A stretch of 63,942 bases of DNA, the filler included, from Pelomyxa schiedti (lineage: Eukaryota > Protista > Evosea): NCBI GenBank assembly GCA_020536535.1. It is 11 parts of 11 records of this genome, joined end to end, with 100 filler letters (N's around TTAATTAATTAA, not from the genome) between each part and the next. Parts side by side here need not be neighbours in the genome. Positions count along the whole stretch, not along the records: positions 11,358 to 30,318 come from JAHLWZ010000015.1; 10 more parts are not named here. The stretch is one strand, 5' to 3'. The number at the start of each line of letters is the position of its first letter. The stretch's first letter is position 1. Positions 11,722 to 24,545 of the stretch are shown here, piece by piece. Under the pieces are notes generated by a model. The model ran no database searches. It was not told the DNA's origin and saw nothing but the letters and a program-made list of their open reading frames with translations. The position numbers and the translations under genes are program-made.

Positions 11722-12060
11722 CTATCGTTGGAGCCAAGCAGCGACCACAGTGGCTTTGCTCAACACGCTCTTGTACGTCAACGAGACGGCCCCCGGCCCC
11801 GCCGCCGTGGCCCCCGAGGCTGCGGCTCCCGCCCCCTCCTTGGCATCCGCCGATGATGGTGATGAAGGCGATGAGGAAGACGAAGAAGGCGGGGCGGGTA
11901 GTGTGATGGGGGAAGGTATGAACGAGTAAGCCACCGCGTTGGGCGTGAGGGCCGCCCGGAACGTGAGCACGTCGGCGAGCGTGGCGTGGTGCAGGTCCAG
12001 CGTGGCGAAGATGGACGTCGTGGGTCGTATCGTAGGCGAAGTCGGCGTCGTGCTGCTCAT
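11722..12060 (-). CDS. First exon of adenylate-forming enzyme (FAAL/DIP2-like), partial
   Basis: TLADVLTFRA..TPNAVAYSF...LTYKSV..KA..VAAWLQ, typical of the FAAL/DIP2 N-terminus. Confidence 0.6.
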   Translation of the reverse strand: MSSTTPTSPTIRPTTSIFATLDLHHATLADVLTFRAALTPNAVAYSFIPSPITLPAPPSSSSSSPSSPSSADAKEGAGAAASGATAAGPGAVSLTYKSVLSKATVVAAWLQR

Positions 12061-12357
12061 TCTTGAGACCCGTTAGATATGTTTATGTAAATGGTTCCTG
12101 TTTTGGGGGGCAGTTGGTTCGCGCGCACTACCTTGTTTGAGTGGGCAGCGAGTCGCACGCGTTGACTTGATGAGTTTTCGAAAAAAAAGAGAACAAAAGG
12201 GTCGCAATTGCCGAAGGATTAGGGTCTCGTGGGCAGAACCTGAACCCTCCAGAAATCTTTGGTAAGGTGAAGTGCACTGGTAGCACTGGCCCTCTGGGAG
12301 CGGACGTCTTAGTTTCTCAATCATTTTTCCAATTCCAAGTTGATCTTTTGGAAAAAA

Positions 12358-15300
12358 ATGCAGGGGCCCCTGCCCAGGCCAGTACTACCAGCCCGTTTTT
12401 CCGTGCGCGCCCCCATCATAACTAAAAAGCAATTCGGTGAGGGCCACTACGAAGGGACCTTCGAAGGTGTGGAGAGGAATGGCACCGGCACGATGAAGTT
12501 TACCGACGGATCTGTCTACGTGGGCTCGTGGCTCAACGACAAGCAAAACGGACAAGGAACGTTGACCACGACAGAGGGCGACAGTTATACCGGGTGGTGG
12601 AAGGCCGGCAAGTTCTACGGACTCGGGACGTACACGTGGGGAGCCCCCGGAAAGTCGTACCACGGATTATGGGCCAACGGCATGAAAGAAGGCAAAGGAA
12701 CCCATAAGTGGCCCGATGGCTCGAGCTACGAGGGCGAGTGGCTGCAAAACAAATGCGAAGGCCGAGGGGTGTGGCAGACAAAGGAGTACACTTACGACGG
12801 GATGTGGCACAACGACAAGAAGCACGGGAAGGGAACCATAAAGTACGCAAACGGCACCACCTACGAGGGATTATGGGCCGACGGCGAGCGCAGCGGCCAC
12901 GGGGTCGAGACAAAATCCAACGGCGATTCCTATGACGGCGAGTGGGCTGCCGACAAAAAAGAAGGGCCTGGAGTTTGGACTTTCAAAAACGCTCCTGGTG
13001 ACATTCTGTCTTTCCACTGCAATTTCAAAAATGGGATGAGAAATGGGCTGGGCAAGTTCATTCTTAAGGGTCAAAGGGAAATCCTCTGCCACTGGGTCAA
13101 TGACCAGCCAGACCCCGGAAAGCCAAATGCAGTTCTGAAGGAGAACAATCTGAGCGCTTATTGCCCATGGAAACCTGAGGGGCAGAATTTCCTACCAGTA
13201 TGCCACGGCAAGGGTGCATCAATCAATCTGGAAATCGGAGAGGTGACAGACCTCAATTACGTGGAAGGATCCCTCCAGAAAATAGACTCAGGATACAAAC
13301 AGGTGTGATTCTTATGTATCTACAGGAAACATTTCACTTAGATTATCAGAATGAAGTGCAACAACTCAGGGAGGAACTGCAGCGATTTAAATGCGGTAAA
13401 TTATTTTCTGCAGGCTCCTTTTTTTTTTTATGTATATATTTACAGAAACAAGAGAAAAAGATACTTTGATTGCGCAGCTGTACGAGAAGCTCTATTCCAT
13501 CCGAGAAGAACTTGATTGTATTCATGTTAATTGTATTCATTCTCTTACTCATCGTTCATCAGTGACAACAAACTTGTATATGGAACAAGAAGCAGGTTGA
13601 GAAATTCCCGTACCCAATTTTTCAACAGCAACAACAAAAAAAAAACAGATGTGGACCATACATTTCTACATATACAACGAGGAGTTTGGGTGAAATCGAT
13701 TGGGGCCTCCACTGAAGTCAGTGGTGCTACCCCGGAGGGTCCCAAAAGCACCAATAGCTGCAAAATGAAGAAAGTGTCAATTACATTTGACAAGCAAAAG
13801 ATAGCCTTTGTGGAACATATTTGTTATAAATGCCCAGTTGAGAAGGTAAACATCCTGTCCTATAAAAAAAAAACTCAAGAAATAAAGGTTGTGAAGATGG
13901 AAGTGGAAAAGCGGTTCAAAGTGGATGAAAGCCAGCAGCATGTTCTCCTTATTGGAAAGGGAGGTCTGGTATCGCTCACTGATACTTCATCAACATTATT
14001 GAATTTGGAGTCCCTTCTGCCTCCGCCGATATCAGGTGAAGCTTCTTATGAAATCATTCCTAACGGAAACAAAAAAGATGTTGTGGCACAATTTAAAGTG
14101 CAACTCGTTCCCGTAATTACTATTCAAGAGGCTCATTTAGAAGCTAAACTCTCATTGGGTACTGGGAGTTATGGCACAGTATTCAGGTGCAGCCACATTC
14201 CGTCGGGAAGGGATGTCGCTGTTAAAACCCTTCACGAGGTGATCATGTCAAACCGTAATTCTGACCGGTTTTTCTGGGAAGCAGAGGTTACAATGGCTTC
14301 AAATGTAACCCGATAACCAAAACAAGATTCTGAGTGGATTAAGGCATCCCAACGTTGTGAAGTGCATTGGTACATGTATAACAAGTACTGGACGGCTGAA
14401 GATTGTATCTGAACTCATGTGTTGCAGTCTCAGGCAACTTCTTAAACAGGTTTACCCTTGAAAATGAGGTTTTTTTTTTGCAAAACACCAACAGAAACGG
14501 TTGACCTTTAAAGAAGTGGTGGCTCTTTCACTGGGTGTAGCCAAGGGAATGGACAGCCTTCATAGGTGCGTGCATATTGCACTATCATACTCTCATTCAC
14601 AATAAAAAGGCAAAATTATATGCACCGGGATCTCAGTAGCAACAACGTACTCATGGATGTTGATGGAACTCCAAAAATCTGTGATTTTGGTACTGCGCAC
14701 TTTCTTCTTTGATATAAGCTAACCTCCTCCTCAAAGGGGTATCCCACGGAATGAACACCCAACAGCCACAATCTATTGTTCCTGGTACCTCAGTCCACAT
14801 GGCTCCACAGATGTTCACGAATCATTATTCAATTGAAGGTTGTATCTTTTTTTTTTCTTATTCCAATTGATCCACAACAGGGGATGTGTGGGGATTTGCC
14901 GTTCTGTTGACTGAAATATTCAATGGTGAAATTGTTGACTCCATCTTCGACACATTGCCTCTGGATTTACATGCAACTTTCGTCGGTGCACAAAAGGCAA
15001 TGCTTTCGCAATCTGATGCTGAAGGTTTTTCCAATCCATCTTCCCGTCCTTCTTGTGACTGATACCCTATCAATCAAAGAGGTCGACAGACTGTGCCTCC
15101 GCCAAGCAATGCAGGTCACCATCGCCCACTGCCTCAGCCGCAGGCTTGAATCATTGAAAAAAGTCAAACACCTTCTGACCTCGCCACAATCGCCACTGCT
15201 GTCTGCGGGCCCAATCCCCAATGCAGTAGCCAAACTCTTGTTCATGATCCTTCGTTCATGCTTCTCGATTCTCGGTGTGGTTTCCATCATTCAAAACAAA

Positions 15301-15552
15301 CAAACAAGTCAACACTAACAAATATTGACAGAGAAGAACCGGAGTTCTTTCACCGTGATTTCCAAGCTGCTGTTCTGCTGCTGCACTGAAGCTACTGTCA
15401 ACGACCTTTCAAAAAACACCATAATTAACACCGGAATGCCGCCACCGCCGCACCAACAAACCATGGTGACAGATTACCAGGTCACAGACAGCATCACACA
15501 GTGGCTGTCAGCCCTCGTCCCTTTCATACAAAATGCTTCACAGCGACTGTAA
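12358..15552 (+). CDS. MORN-repeat + TKL protein kinase, gene A (multi-exon)
   Basis: YxGxWxxGxxxGxG repeats; LGTGSYG, VAVK, HPNVV, HRDLSSNN, DFG rebuilt over 40-45 nt GT-AG introns. Confidence 0.9.
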
Positions 15553-15798
15553 GGTTGAATTCAACGTGAAAACTCTGAGGAGAATCGACCTGTGCTATTC
15601 CGAAGGAATCTTTTCTATCCGATCCCTACGCGAATTGCGCTCTGTCCCTTGCTTGCAATTGAGCCTCAGAGTGGCTTTTCCCTCAGAAGCAAAGTCTTGT
15701 AGAGAATCACATTCATTTGATCCCCATCAATCAGAAGACAGAAGAAAAGGAAGGCCAAAAACTTTTGTTTGTTGCAAAAACGGTTTTCGTTTTCTCAA

Positions 15799-18700
15799 AT
15801 GAGGTTGTCGGCGCTGTACCAAGTCTGCGAGCAGGCATTGACGAGACAGGGAGCGAGGCAGTTCGCAGAGGGAAAATACACCGGCGATCTGTTAGGCTCT
15901 ACGCGGCACGGCAGCGGCACCATGATTTTCACGAACGGCTCGGTGTACGAAGGGGACTGGGTCAGCGGAAAACAACACGGCCAGGGGAAGTTGACCAGGC
16001 CTGGTCTGGACGGCGACCAGTATTATGGGTCCTGGAAGTCCGGCAAGTTCGAGGGACTCGGCACCTACACGTGCGGACCTACAGGGGAAGCGTACAGCGG
16101 GTTATGGGTCGGCGGGATGAAGGAGGGACACGGGACCCATAAGTGGCCAGACGGGTCGGTCTACGACGGCATGTGGCACCGAGACAAACGCCATGGGCAA
16201 GGGGCAATGCAGAACACGGCGAAGGGCTACATCTATGATGGGATGTGGGAAAACGACAAGAAGCACGGCGAGGGCGTTATAAGCTACACAAACGGGGACG
16301 CCTACAGGGGATCATGGGACAACGGCAAGCGCAGCGGACACGGCATCGACACCAAGGCCAATGGCGACAAGTACAATGGCGAATGGGCCGCGGGAAAAAG
16401 GGAAGGAGTCGGACTGATGGAATGGGGAGCAACCGGGGAGTACTACATCGGGAAATGGATGAATGACATGCAGGCAGGCAACGGAGAGATGAGGATGAAA
16501 AACGGGGACGTCCATATGGGGGAGTGGGCACTTGGAAAGATGCACGGTGAGGGAACTGTCACTCGAGAAGTGAGCAGGCACGTTTTCAAGGGTAATTTCA
16601 AAGAAGGGATGGCAGAAGGACCCGGCGTTTGGACTTACAACGCCGCAGCTTCCGGTGATTTTCTGACATTCAACTGCGGCTTTGTGAAGGGACTGAGGAA
16701 TGGACTGGGCAGATTCACGTTGAAAGGTGACAGGGAAATCATCTGCCACTGGGTAGACGATAAACCGGATCCCGACAGGCCAAATGCAGTTTTGAAGGAA
16801 AAAGGACTCAGTAGTTATTGCCAATGGAAACCTGATGGCCCAGACTTTCTGTCTGTGTTCCACGGAAAGGGTGCATCAATAAATGTGAGTACCGGTGATG
16901 TCACAAAGTTCACATACGTGGATGGAGTACGCCAGCAAAGGGAGTCAACCACAGGTGTGTTTCTGCTCAAGATGAATCACTTGCTAAAAAAGAACTCGCA
17001 GATTCGAGGGAGCTGGATCTTGGCTCGTGTGAGTGCAAGTGCCTTTTTTTTTCAATCTCTTACCTCCCTAAGCTGCTAAGAAATATTTTAAAGAACTCAA
17101 GACTGAACTACAGCAAAGTAAATCGGGTAAGTTAGCCTTTTTGTGAAGTACTTCTTTTTATAAAGCAAAAAGACAGTGCCCATACATTACAACACATACA
17201 AAGGGGAGTGTGGGTGAAATCAATTGTTACCCCCAGCAATGTCACTCAAGACACCAGCTGCTTGTTGAAGAAAGTTTCAATTACATTGGACAGGCACAAC
17301 ATTCACTTTCATGTGCATGTTTGTTGTAAATGCCCGCTTGAGAAGGTAGGTTCCTAAAAAACTTAAAAAAAAGTCTGACCAACTAAAAATAGGTTGTTAA
17401 AATGGAAGTTGAAAAGCGGTTTCAAGTGGATGAAAACCAACAGGATGTTCTTCTTGTTGGTGTTGTTGGAGAGCATGGCCCGGTCCGGCTCACTGGTACA
17501 TCATCGACATTATTGCATTGGACTCCCCATCTGCTTCCGATCTCAGGTACCATTCACAATGACAAAAAAAAGCACTTCTCGTTCACTAACAATAAGGGAA
17601 CAGGTGAAGAAGTTGTGGCACATTTACAAGTGCGACTGGTACCTGTGATGGATATTAAAGAGGCAGATATGCAGGTCACCTCACCTTTGGGAACTGGAAG
17701 TTATGGAACAGTTTTCAGGTGCAGACACATCCCGTCAGGAAGAGATGTCGCAGTGAAAGCACTTCATGAGGCAATCATGTCCGACTATAATTCTGAGCGG
17801 TTCAGGCTGGAAGCAGAGGTTTGTTCCGACCTACCAAGGGTTTCAAACAATACCAAAATAGATTGTGAGTGGATTGCGGCATCCCAATATTGTGAAGTGC
17901 ATTGGTACATGTATCACAGGTGCCGGGAGACTAAATATTGTGTCTGAACTTATGTGTTGTAGTCTCAAACAACTCCTTAAAAATGTTGGTATTACCGCGA
18001 AAATACCACTACTAATCACCGCTAACAGAAACCTCTGAACTTCAAGGAAGTAGTAGCTGTTTCAATGGGAGTATCAAAAGGAATGGATAGCCTTCATAGG
18101 TGTCTATATTATGCAGTTCAGATTCTCATTCACTCCAAAAAGGCAAAATTATATGCACCGGGATTTGAGCAGCAACAATGTTCTTATGGATTCTGATGGA
18201 ACTCCAAAAATCTGTGATTTTGGTCTGTTTTCCTCTCGATCTCATGTATGGATGACCACCTTCAGGTGTGTCACGTGGAATTACCCCCCACCAACAGCTG
18301 CAGACTATTGTCCCTGGAACACAAGCCCACATGGCTCCACAAATGTTCACAAATCACTATTCAGTTGAAGGTTCCTTCTTGTTTTTTTTTTCCACCACTC
18401 AACGGTAAAAGGGGACATGTGGGGATTTGGTATTCTGATGACTGAAATGATTAATGGCGAATTTGTTGACTCCACCTTTGACACGGTTCCTCTGAGTTTG
18501 CACGCTACCTTCATGAATGAACAAAAGGGCCGGCTGTTACCACCCGATGCCAGCGGTTCTCTCCCCTGAGTCCATTCCAACTACCTTCTAACAACAACAA
18601 AGAGGTGGACAGACTCTGCTCCGAAGCGAGCCAGATTACCATTGCCCACTGCCTCAGCCGGCGGTCCGCTTCCTTAGAAACAGTTTACAATATTCTGCAC

Positions 18701-19075
18701 TCACCGGAATCTCCACTGATGTCTGATGGACAAATCCCCGGAACTGCCACAGACATGCTCTTATTTGTCCTTCAGTCATGCCTCTCGATTCTTGGTTTGT
18801 TTCCATAGAATCCCTACAAACAAAACACAAAGACATAAAAAAACCAAAACACCCCATTCAAAACTAACCATCCCTAACACATAGAGAGGAACCGGATTCC
18901 ATTCACTGTGATTTCCAAGCTCCTCTTTTGCTGTTGCACAGAGGCTGCTCTCCACGACACTGTAAATAGCACACAACCAATCCCACCAACAGCAGTTACA
19001 GACGACCAAGTAACTGACAGCATCACACACTGGCTCTCATCCCTCTCCCCTTTCATACAAAAAGCTCACAACTAG
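15799..19075 (+). CDS. MORN-repeat + TKL protein kinase, gene B (multi-exon)
   Basis: Paralog of A with 3 extra MORN repeats; same kinase motifs and intron positions. Confidence 0.9.
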
Positions 19076-19268
19076 TGTAACAACTATCCTCTAACTTATA
19101 ATCATGAATTTGATTCCCATTCATGAGCTAATCTAATACCCCTCGCCACCAACACTTCGAATCTGTTGTTCTCAGACCCAAGTTGAGGGGTCGATCAAAT
19201 TTGTTGGTTCTATTAATTCTCCTCAAAAATTTGGCGACACCCAAACACCACAACACCGCACAGGCAAA

Positions 19269-22200
19269 ATGAAAACCGGCAGGAAGCAATTCGCGGAGGG
19301 GGAATACGAGGGCCAACTCATGGGAACAGTGAGGCAGGGCACCGGCACCATGAGGTTCGCGAACGGATCTGTGTACGAAGGCGAGTGGGTCAACGGAAAA
19401 CAACAAGGACAAGGAACGCTGACCACCGCCGACGGCGACAAGTACAGCGGGTCCTGGAAGGCCAGCAAGTTCGACGGCCTCGGGACGTACACGTGGGCCG
19501 CGGCGGGCAAGTCGTACGAGGGATTATGGGCCAACGGCATGAAGGAGGGAAGGGGGACCCATAAGTGGCCCGACGGCTCGATCTACGACGGCATGTGGCA
19601 CCGCGACCAGCGGGAGGGGCCAGGGGTGATGCAGAGCCGGCCAAAGGGCTACACCTATGATGGGATGTGGCGCGACGACAAGAAGCACGGCCAGGGGACC
19701 ATCCGCTACATCAACGGGGACACCTACAAGGGGTTATGGGACAGGGGCGAGCGCAGCGGCATCGGCATCGAGACCAAGGCCAACGGCGACAACTACGACG
19801 GCGCGTGGGCCAACGGCAAAAAGGAGGGCAGCGGCATGATGAAATGGCCGGCGACCGGGGAGTACTACTTCGGCGAGTGGATGGACGACAAGCAGGCCGG
19901 CCACGGCGAGATGACGATGAGGAACGGCGACGTGTACGACGGCGACTGGGCCGACGGGTTCCGCGAAGGCGAGGGCACCATCACCCTGGCCAACAGCGGC
20001 CACGTGTTCAAGGGCCGGTTCGCGGAAGACGCCCCCGAGGGACCCGGCGTGTGGACCTACAACAACGCGCCGGGGAACTACGTCAAGTTCGCCTGCAACT
20101 TCGTCAAGGGGCAGAGGCAGGGCCTCGGGAAGTTCACCCTCAAAGGGGACCACGAGCTCACTTGCTCGTGGGCCAGGGACCAGCCGGACCCGGGCAGGCC
20201 CAACGCGGTCCTGAGGGAGAACGACCTGGTCACTTACTGCCCGTGGAAGCCCGATGGGCCGAACTTGCTCCCTGTGTTTCACGGAAAGGGCGCATCTATA
20301 AACGTGAGGACTGGAGAGGTAACAAAGTTCAACTACGTGGATGGGATGCGGCAGAAACGAGGAGGAGGAGTAGGAGGGGCAGGAGGAGGGGCGACTCCGC
20401 CGCAGCGCCGGGAAAGCGGTTTCAGAGGTGAGTTTTATGTGAAAGTGGAAATGTGTAGTGATGATGCTGTTATCTCTTGCTAAGAAAGGAACTGCACAGA
20501 TTCACAGTCAACAAGAGAGTTGGAGGAAAGGCAAACGGCACTGCAGATTCATGTATCTGGTGAGGATTCACAAATTACTTTTTCCCAACAAGGTGGCTAA
20601 CCACTCACACAGCTGCTCAGCTTGAATTGGAAAAGCTCAAGGAGCAGCTTGAACGCTCTGAGAGTGGTAAATGCTTCTCTTTCTTTTTTGCTTGGTGAAG
20701 ACCAACCTTTGTTCTCCCCCCAGAGAGGGTGGCATTACAGGCCCAATTGCAACAGGGAAGTCCACATCCCAACAATGAGTTGGTTAAACTCAGGGAGGAA
20801 TTGCTGCAATGCAAACACGGTATTTCGCCCTTTTTTTGCACTGTTTTTCAAGTACATATTATTTCTTCCCCCCACTTTATCTAGACGAGGAAGAGACCAA
20901 TACCCGATTGCACCAGGTTGAGGAGGAGAATAATCAAAGTACTTTTTTTTAGTTTGAAAATTTTATTAACTGCACATCAGCAGCGGCACTATTTACAGAG
21001 CAAGAAAACTGTGCGTCTTTCACATTTTACCCTCCCATTAACTTGTACAGATCTGAACCATATCGTGGATCATATTCAGGGTTGTAAATGGAACAGCAGT
21101 GCACAAGATCCTTCAGAACGGATGCATGTTGATATAGCTTGTGAAAGACTGAGCCCTTTTACTGTACCGATATGCATGCATTGCCCCTTACATAAGGTAA
21201 CTTTAGTGCCGCTCTGAGGTTTTCCTCACCTGTGTTGCCTAGGTCGTGGAGCTGGAAGTACGAAAAATGTATGGGAATAAAGATATCAAAGTCATTGCGA
21301 AGGGGGAAGTCATCACTCCCCTACGAACAGCTAGGGAAATTGAACCAGAGAAGGATAGACTCTCTGTCACAGTAGAGTTTGAGCCAGTCCCGGAAGCAAA
21401 GACCGGGGAATATATCTCAGCACCACAGATAGGTTTGGGGGCACATGGCGCAGTTTATACTGGTACAAGGGCAGCTACTGGTTACCCAGTTATCATCAAA
21501 GCATTGCAGGAATCCATCTGCGCGGTGTTAGAAAGAAACACGTTTCGCAGTCAATTAGGGGTACTGTCCCGCAATTACATTTAGTGTATCTAAGTCACAA
21601 TTGCAGGCTGTCAACAGTTTAAGGTGTCCAAATCTTGTGCAGTATTTCGCCTTTAATCCAAATGGAGTTATTGTGAGAGAATCCACAGCCTGCAGTCTTC
21701 GCACTTTACTCCAACGGGTATTTGGCACTCCTTCTCTTGTTCTCTCGTTGAAAAGATGAGTATAGGTAGAACTCAACCTTGACCACATTGTGTCAATTGC
21801 AGTGGGGATAGCGACAGGGATGAACTATCTCCATAGGTAAAGCCGGTTGTTTACAGCATAATTAACTTGAACTCAGGCAGCGAATCGTCCACAAAAACTT
21901 GCACAGCAACAACATACTGTTTGATGACCACGGTACACCCAAAATTTGTGATTTTGGTATGCTGTTATCGGTTTCGCCGTGAACTTATTTTTTTTTCCCA
22001 GAACTACCAACATCCAACAAGGTGGTATCACTTGCCGAAATACAAATTCCATATCTCCCGCCACAGATGTACACCCAGACTTTCAATGACAGAAGTAAGT
22101 GCTCGTCAAAATCACATCTCCCTTCTAAATAATTTTCTAGGTGATGTGTGGCAGTTTGGTGTTTTGTTCTCCGAGATGATGCAGGGTGAGGTTCCAAATG

Positions 22201-22684
22201 TGGAAATTGCGCCTGCATTTGCCCCACAATACCTTTCACAACAGAAGAACCAACTTCGCGCAAGTGAAAAGCAAGGTATCGTTCCAGTAGTTTTGTGTAA
22301 ACCGTAGTAACATATTCCAGAAATTGACCAGCTGCACGCCAAGGGAGTTGATGAAGTGACAGTGGCACTGTGTTTGAAAAGAAGGAACGCTTGCATGGAG
22401 ATTATAAGAACCTCAGCAGGCCAGTATGTTGACCAGATGCCAACCGCAGCCTCTCTGGTCCCTCCACTTGTTAATATGTGCTTGTATTTACCCGGTATTG
22501 CCCCTAACCAAAAATTTCATAATTGCTCACCCCTTTCATAGAGGCGGAAAGACCCCATTTTTCTGTGATCAAGTCTATACTCATCGGAATTATGCAATGC
22601 ATAATGAACAACAACAGAAGATATGTGCCGGCTCTTGTGTCTTCCTGTCTCGAGACATTAGTTCCACACCTACATCAGGAATAG
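19269..22684 (+). CDS. MORN-repeat + pseudokinase, gene C (multi-exon)
   Basis: MORN exon like B; IGLGAHG, VIIK, but HKNLHSNN replaces HRD and splicing gives DFE instead of DFG. Confidence 0.82.
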
Positions 22685-22795
22685 AAGGAGTAAGCCCTTT
22701 ATATTCCCAATCCACGTGTCTTGGTGGATCTGTATTTCTGAATAAACTTTTGAACAAATAAGAAGCTTGTTACTACAACACATTTATTGTGGCGT

Positions 22796-24479
22796 TTAAA
22801 ACACATAAGGAACAACCAAGCTGCGGTTGAACTTATTGGTATTCATCGCTATTATCATCAATACCAATGGCACAACTTCCATCAGAGTGTAATAAACGGG
22901 TTGCACCCACCACTGCAAAAAAATATTATGTTAAAATGGGGTGAGGGTAATCGGTCAAACTGAACAAACCTGTTCGAGGAAGTCAAAGAAACTATCAAAT
23001 ACCATCAACACAGACCGAACCAAGAAAATGGCCTGTAAATAATAAGCTTTGGTAAATCCGGCAAAGAGATGCACATACCATGCAAACCATTGCAATGGAG
23101 CTAATGGCAGTTTTTCCGTGGTACATCCGCAGCTCACCTTTTTTATACTTCTTGAATAAGAGGTAGCTGTAAATCAAGAAGCTGCATGATACAGCAATAT
23201 ACATTGCACTCAAAACCCAATGCAAAACGGATTCTAGTGGTATTTGTTTAAAGTATATTAAGATGTGAGTGGTGTCAAAACCGGCAACTGTATACTTCGT
23301 GGGAATATCTCCGGCACCGGCCCACAAGTCGTTTTGCATGACATCTGCAAATGAGTAAAAATTTAATTTGTTGGGAGGCAAGTGTCCATACCCCAAGAAT
23401 AGATGATAAACGCAACCAAATACAATGCTGCATTGAAGATAACGAACATTTTCTTCACGAAAGGGTAAGGAGCAAACCACAGCAGCAGAAGGACGAGGTA
23501 GGCACTGAAGAATATTATCGAGGGAAAGGTATCAAGCATGAAGTTTATTGAAGCTGCCAGGTTCACAACATTCTCCGTGAGCATAATTTGCATGACGAAA
23601 AAAACAGTCCGCACTATTTTTGAAAACGTGAGTCAGTCGAAATAACGAATAAACAAACATACATGCACTTCCAGCAAGAACAAAGGAATGAAAACTGAGT
23701 TCGGCTTGCGGAGAAGCACCGGCTCTGACAGCGGTGGTGCTGCTGATGCTGTCCCATCCAAGCCACTTCCTGCCATTGGAATTCACTCCCCCGAAAAGTG
23801 CCGAATTGTCACCTCCAACTCTCCAGCCGAATTCCCACTCCCACTCCCAATCCTCAAAGCAATCGCATTTGCACTTCGTGCAGCCAAGTTTTCTGCACAC
23901 AAACCTGGCAGTGTTCCTCACCTTCCTCCAGAACCCAACCTTCTTGTTCTTGTTCTTGTTCTTGTTCTGATTCTGGTTCTGGTTCATCAGCAAAGGCGCA
24001 TTTATGGGAACTTCCTTCTCCATGATAACCACGTTCCCTCCAATAGCCCCAGCAGAAGAATCACCACCTGTCCCATTCCCACAATTCTGGTTCGGCGCGG
24101 GCGAATTGGAACCGGGAACGGGGGGGTTGTTGATGTTCGCGCCGGCGTAGTCGCCCATAATGTACTTTGAGGCGCTGTGCGGCACCGCGGGGGAAATCGG
24201 GGCCCTTGGGGGCGTGACGGACCTGTAGGGGTGCTTGGGCCTGCGCGGCTTGCGGTGGATGCACCAGCACTTGTTGGCCGCGCCGAGCACGCAGCACGCC
24301 ACGACCAGCGAGACGTAGCACGCCGCGGTGTAGCTGTTGGTGACGTCGTCCAGCGGCACCCCGCCCACCCACTCGTCGCCGTCCCCCGCCGCCGCAGCGC
24401 CCCCGGACCACAGCGCCCCCGCGACCAGCACTGCCCCCGCACCGCGCCGTGTGCTTGTCCTCCCTCCTTGTGGCATCAC
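22796..24479 (-). CDS. TOM1/THH1 (GPR137-like) multi-pass membrane protein
   Basis: About 7 hydrophobic helices; FPSIIFFSAYLVLLLLW, FLVRS, YYTLMEVVP after splicing. Confidence 0.65.
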
Positions 24480-24545
24480 TATCGCAGGGGCGAGCGAGCT
24501 TTTTTTATCTTGTTTGGACTTTCATTTTTACTTGCAGGCTGGCCT

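Noticed and set aside
12400-20300. CRISPR array or diversity-generating retroelement suggested by periodic repeats plus a nearby RT
   Set aside because: Repeats are protein-coding MORN units; the RT is a Gypsy pol on a different contig; no adenine-specific TR/VR pair seen
19667-20431. Long alternative-frame and antisense ORFs over MORN and family genes (also 58652-59728, 55326-56087)
   Set aside because: Shadow ORFs caused by high GC3 and few stops
13300-22684. Alternative genetic code or stop readthrough to explain fragmented ORFs
   Set aside because: Breaks I checked are resolved by canonical short GT-AG introns with the standard code
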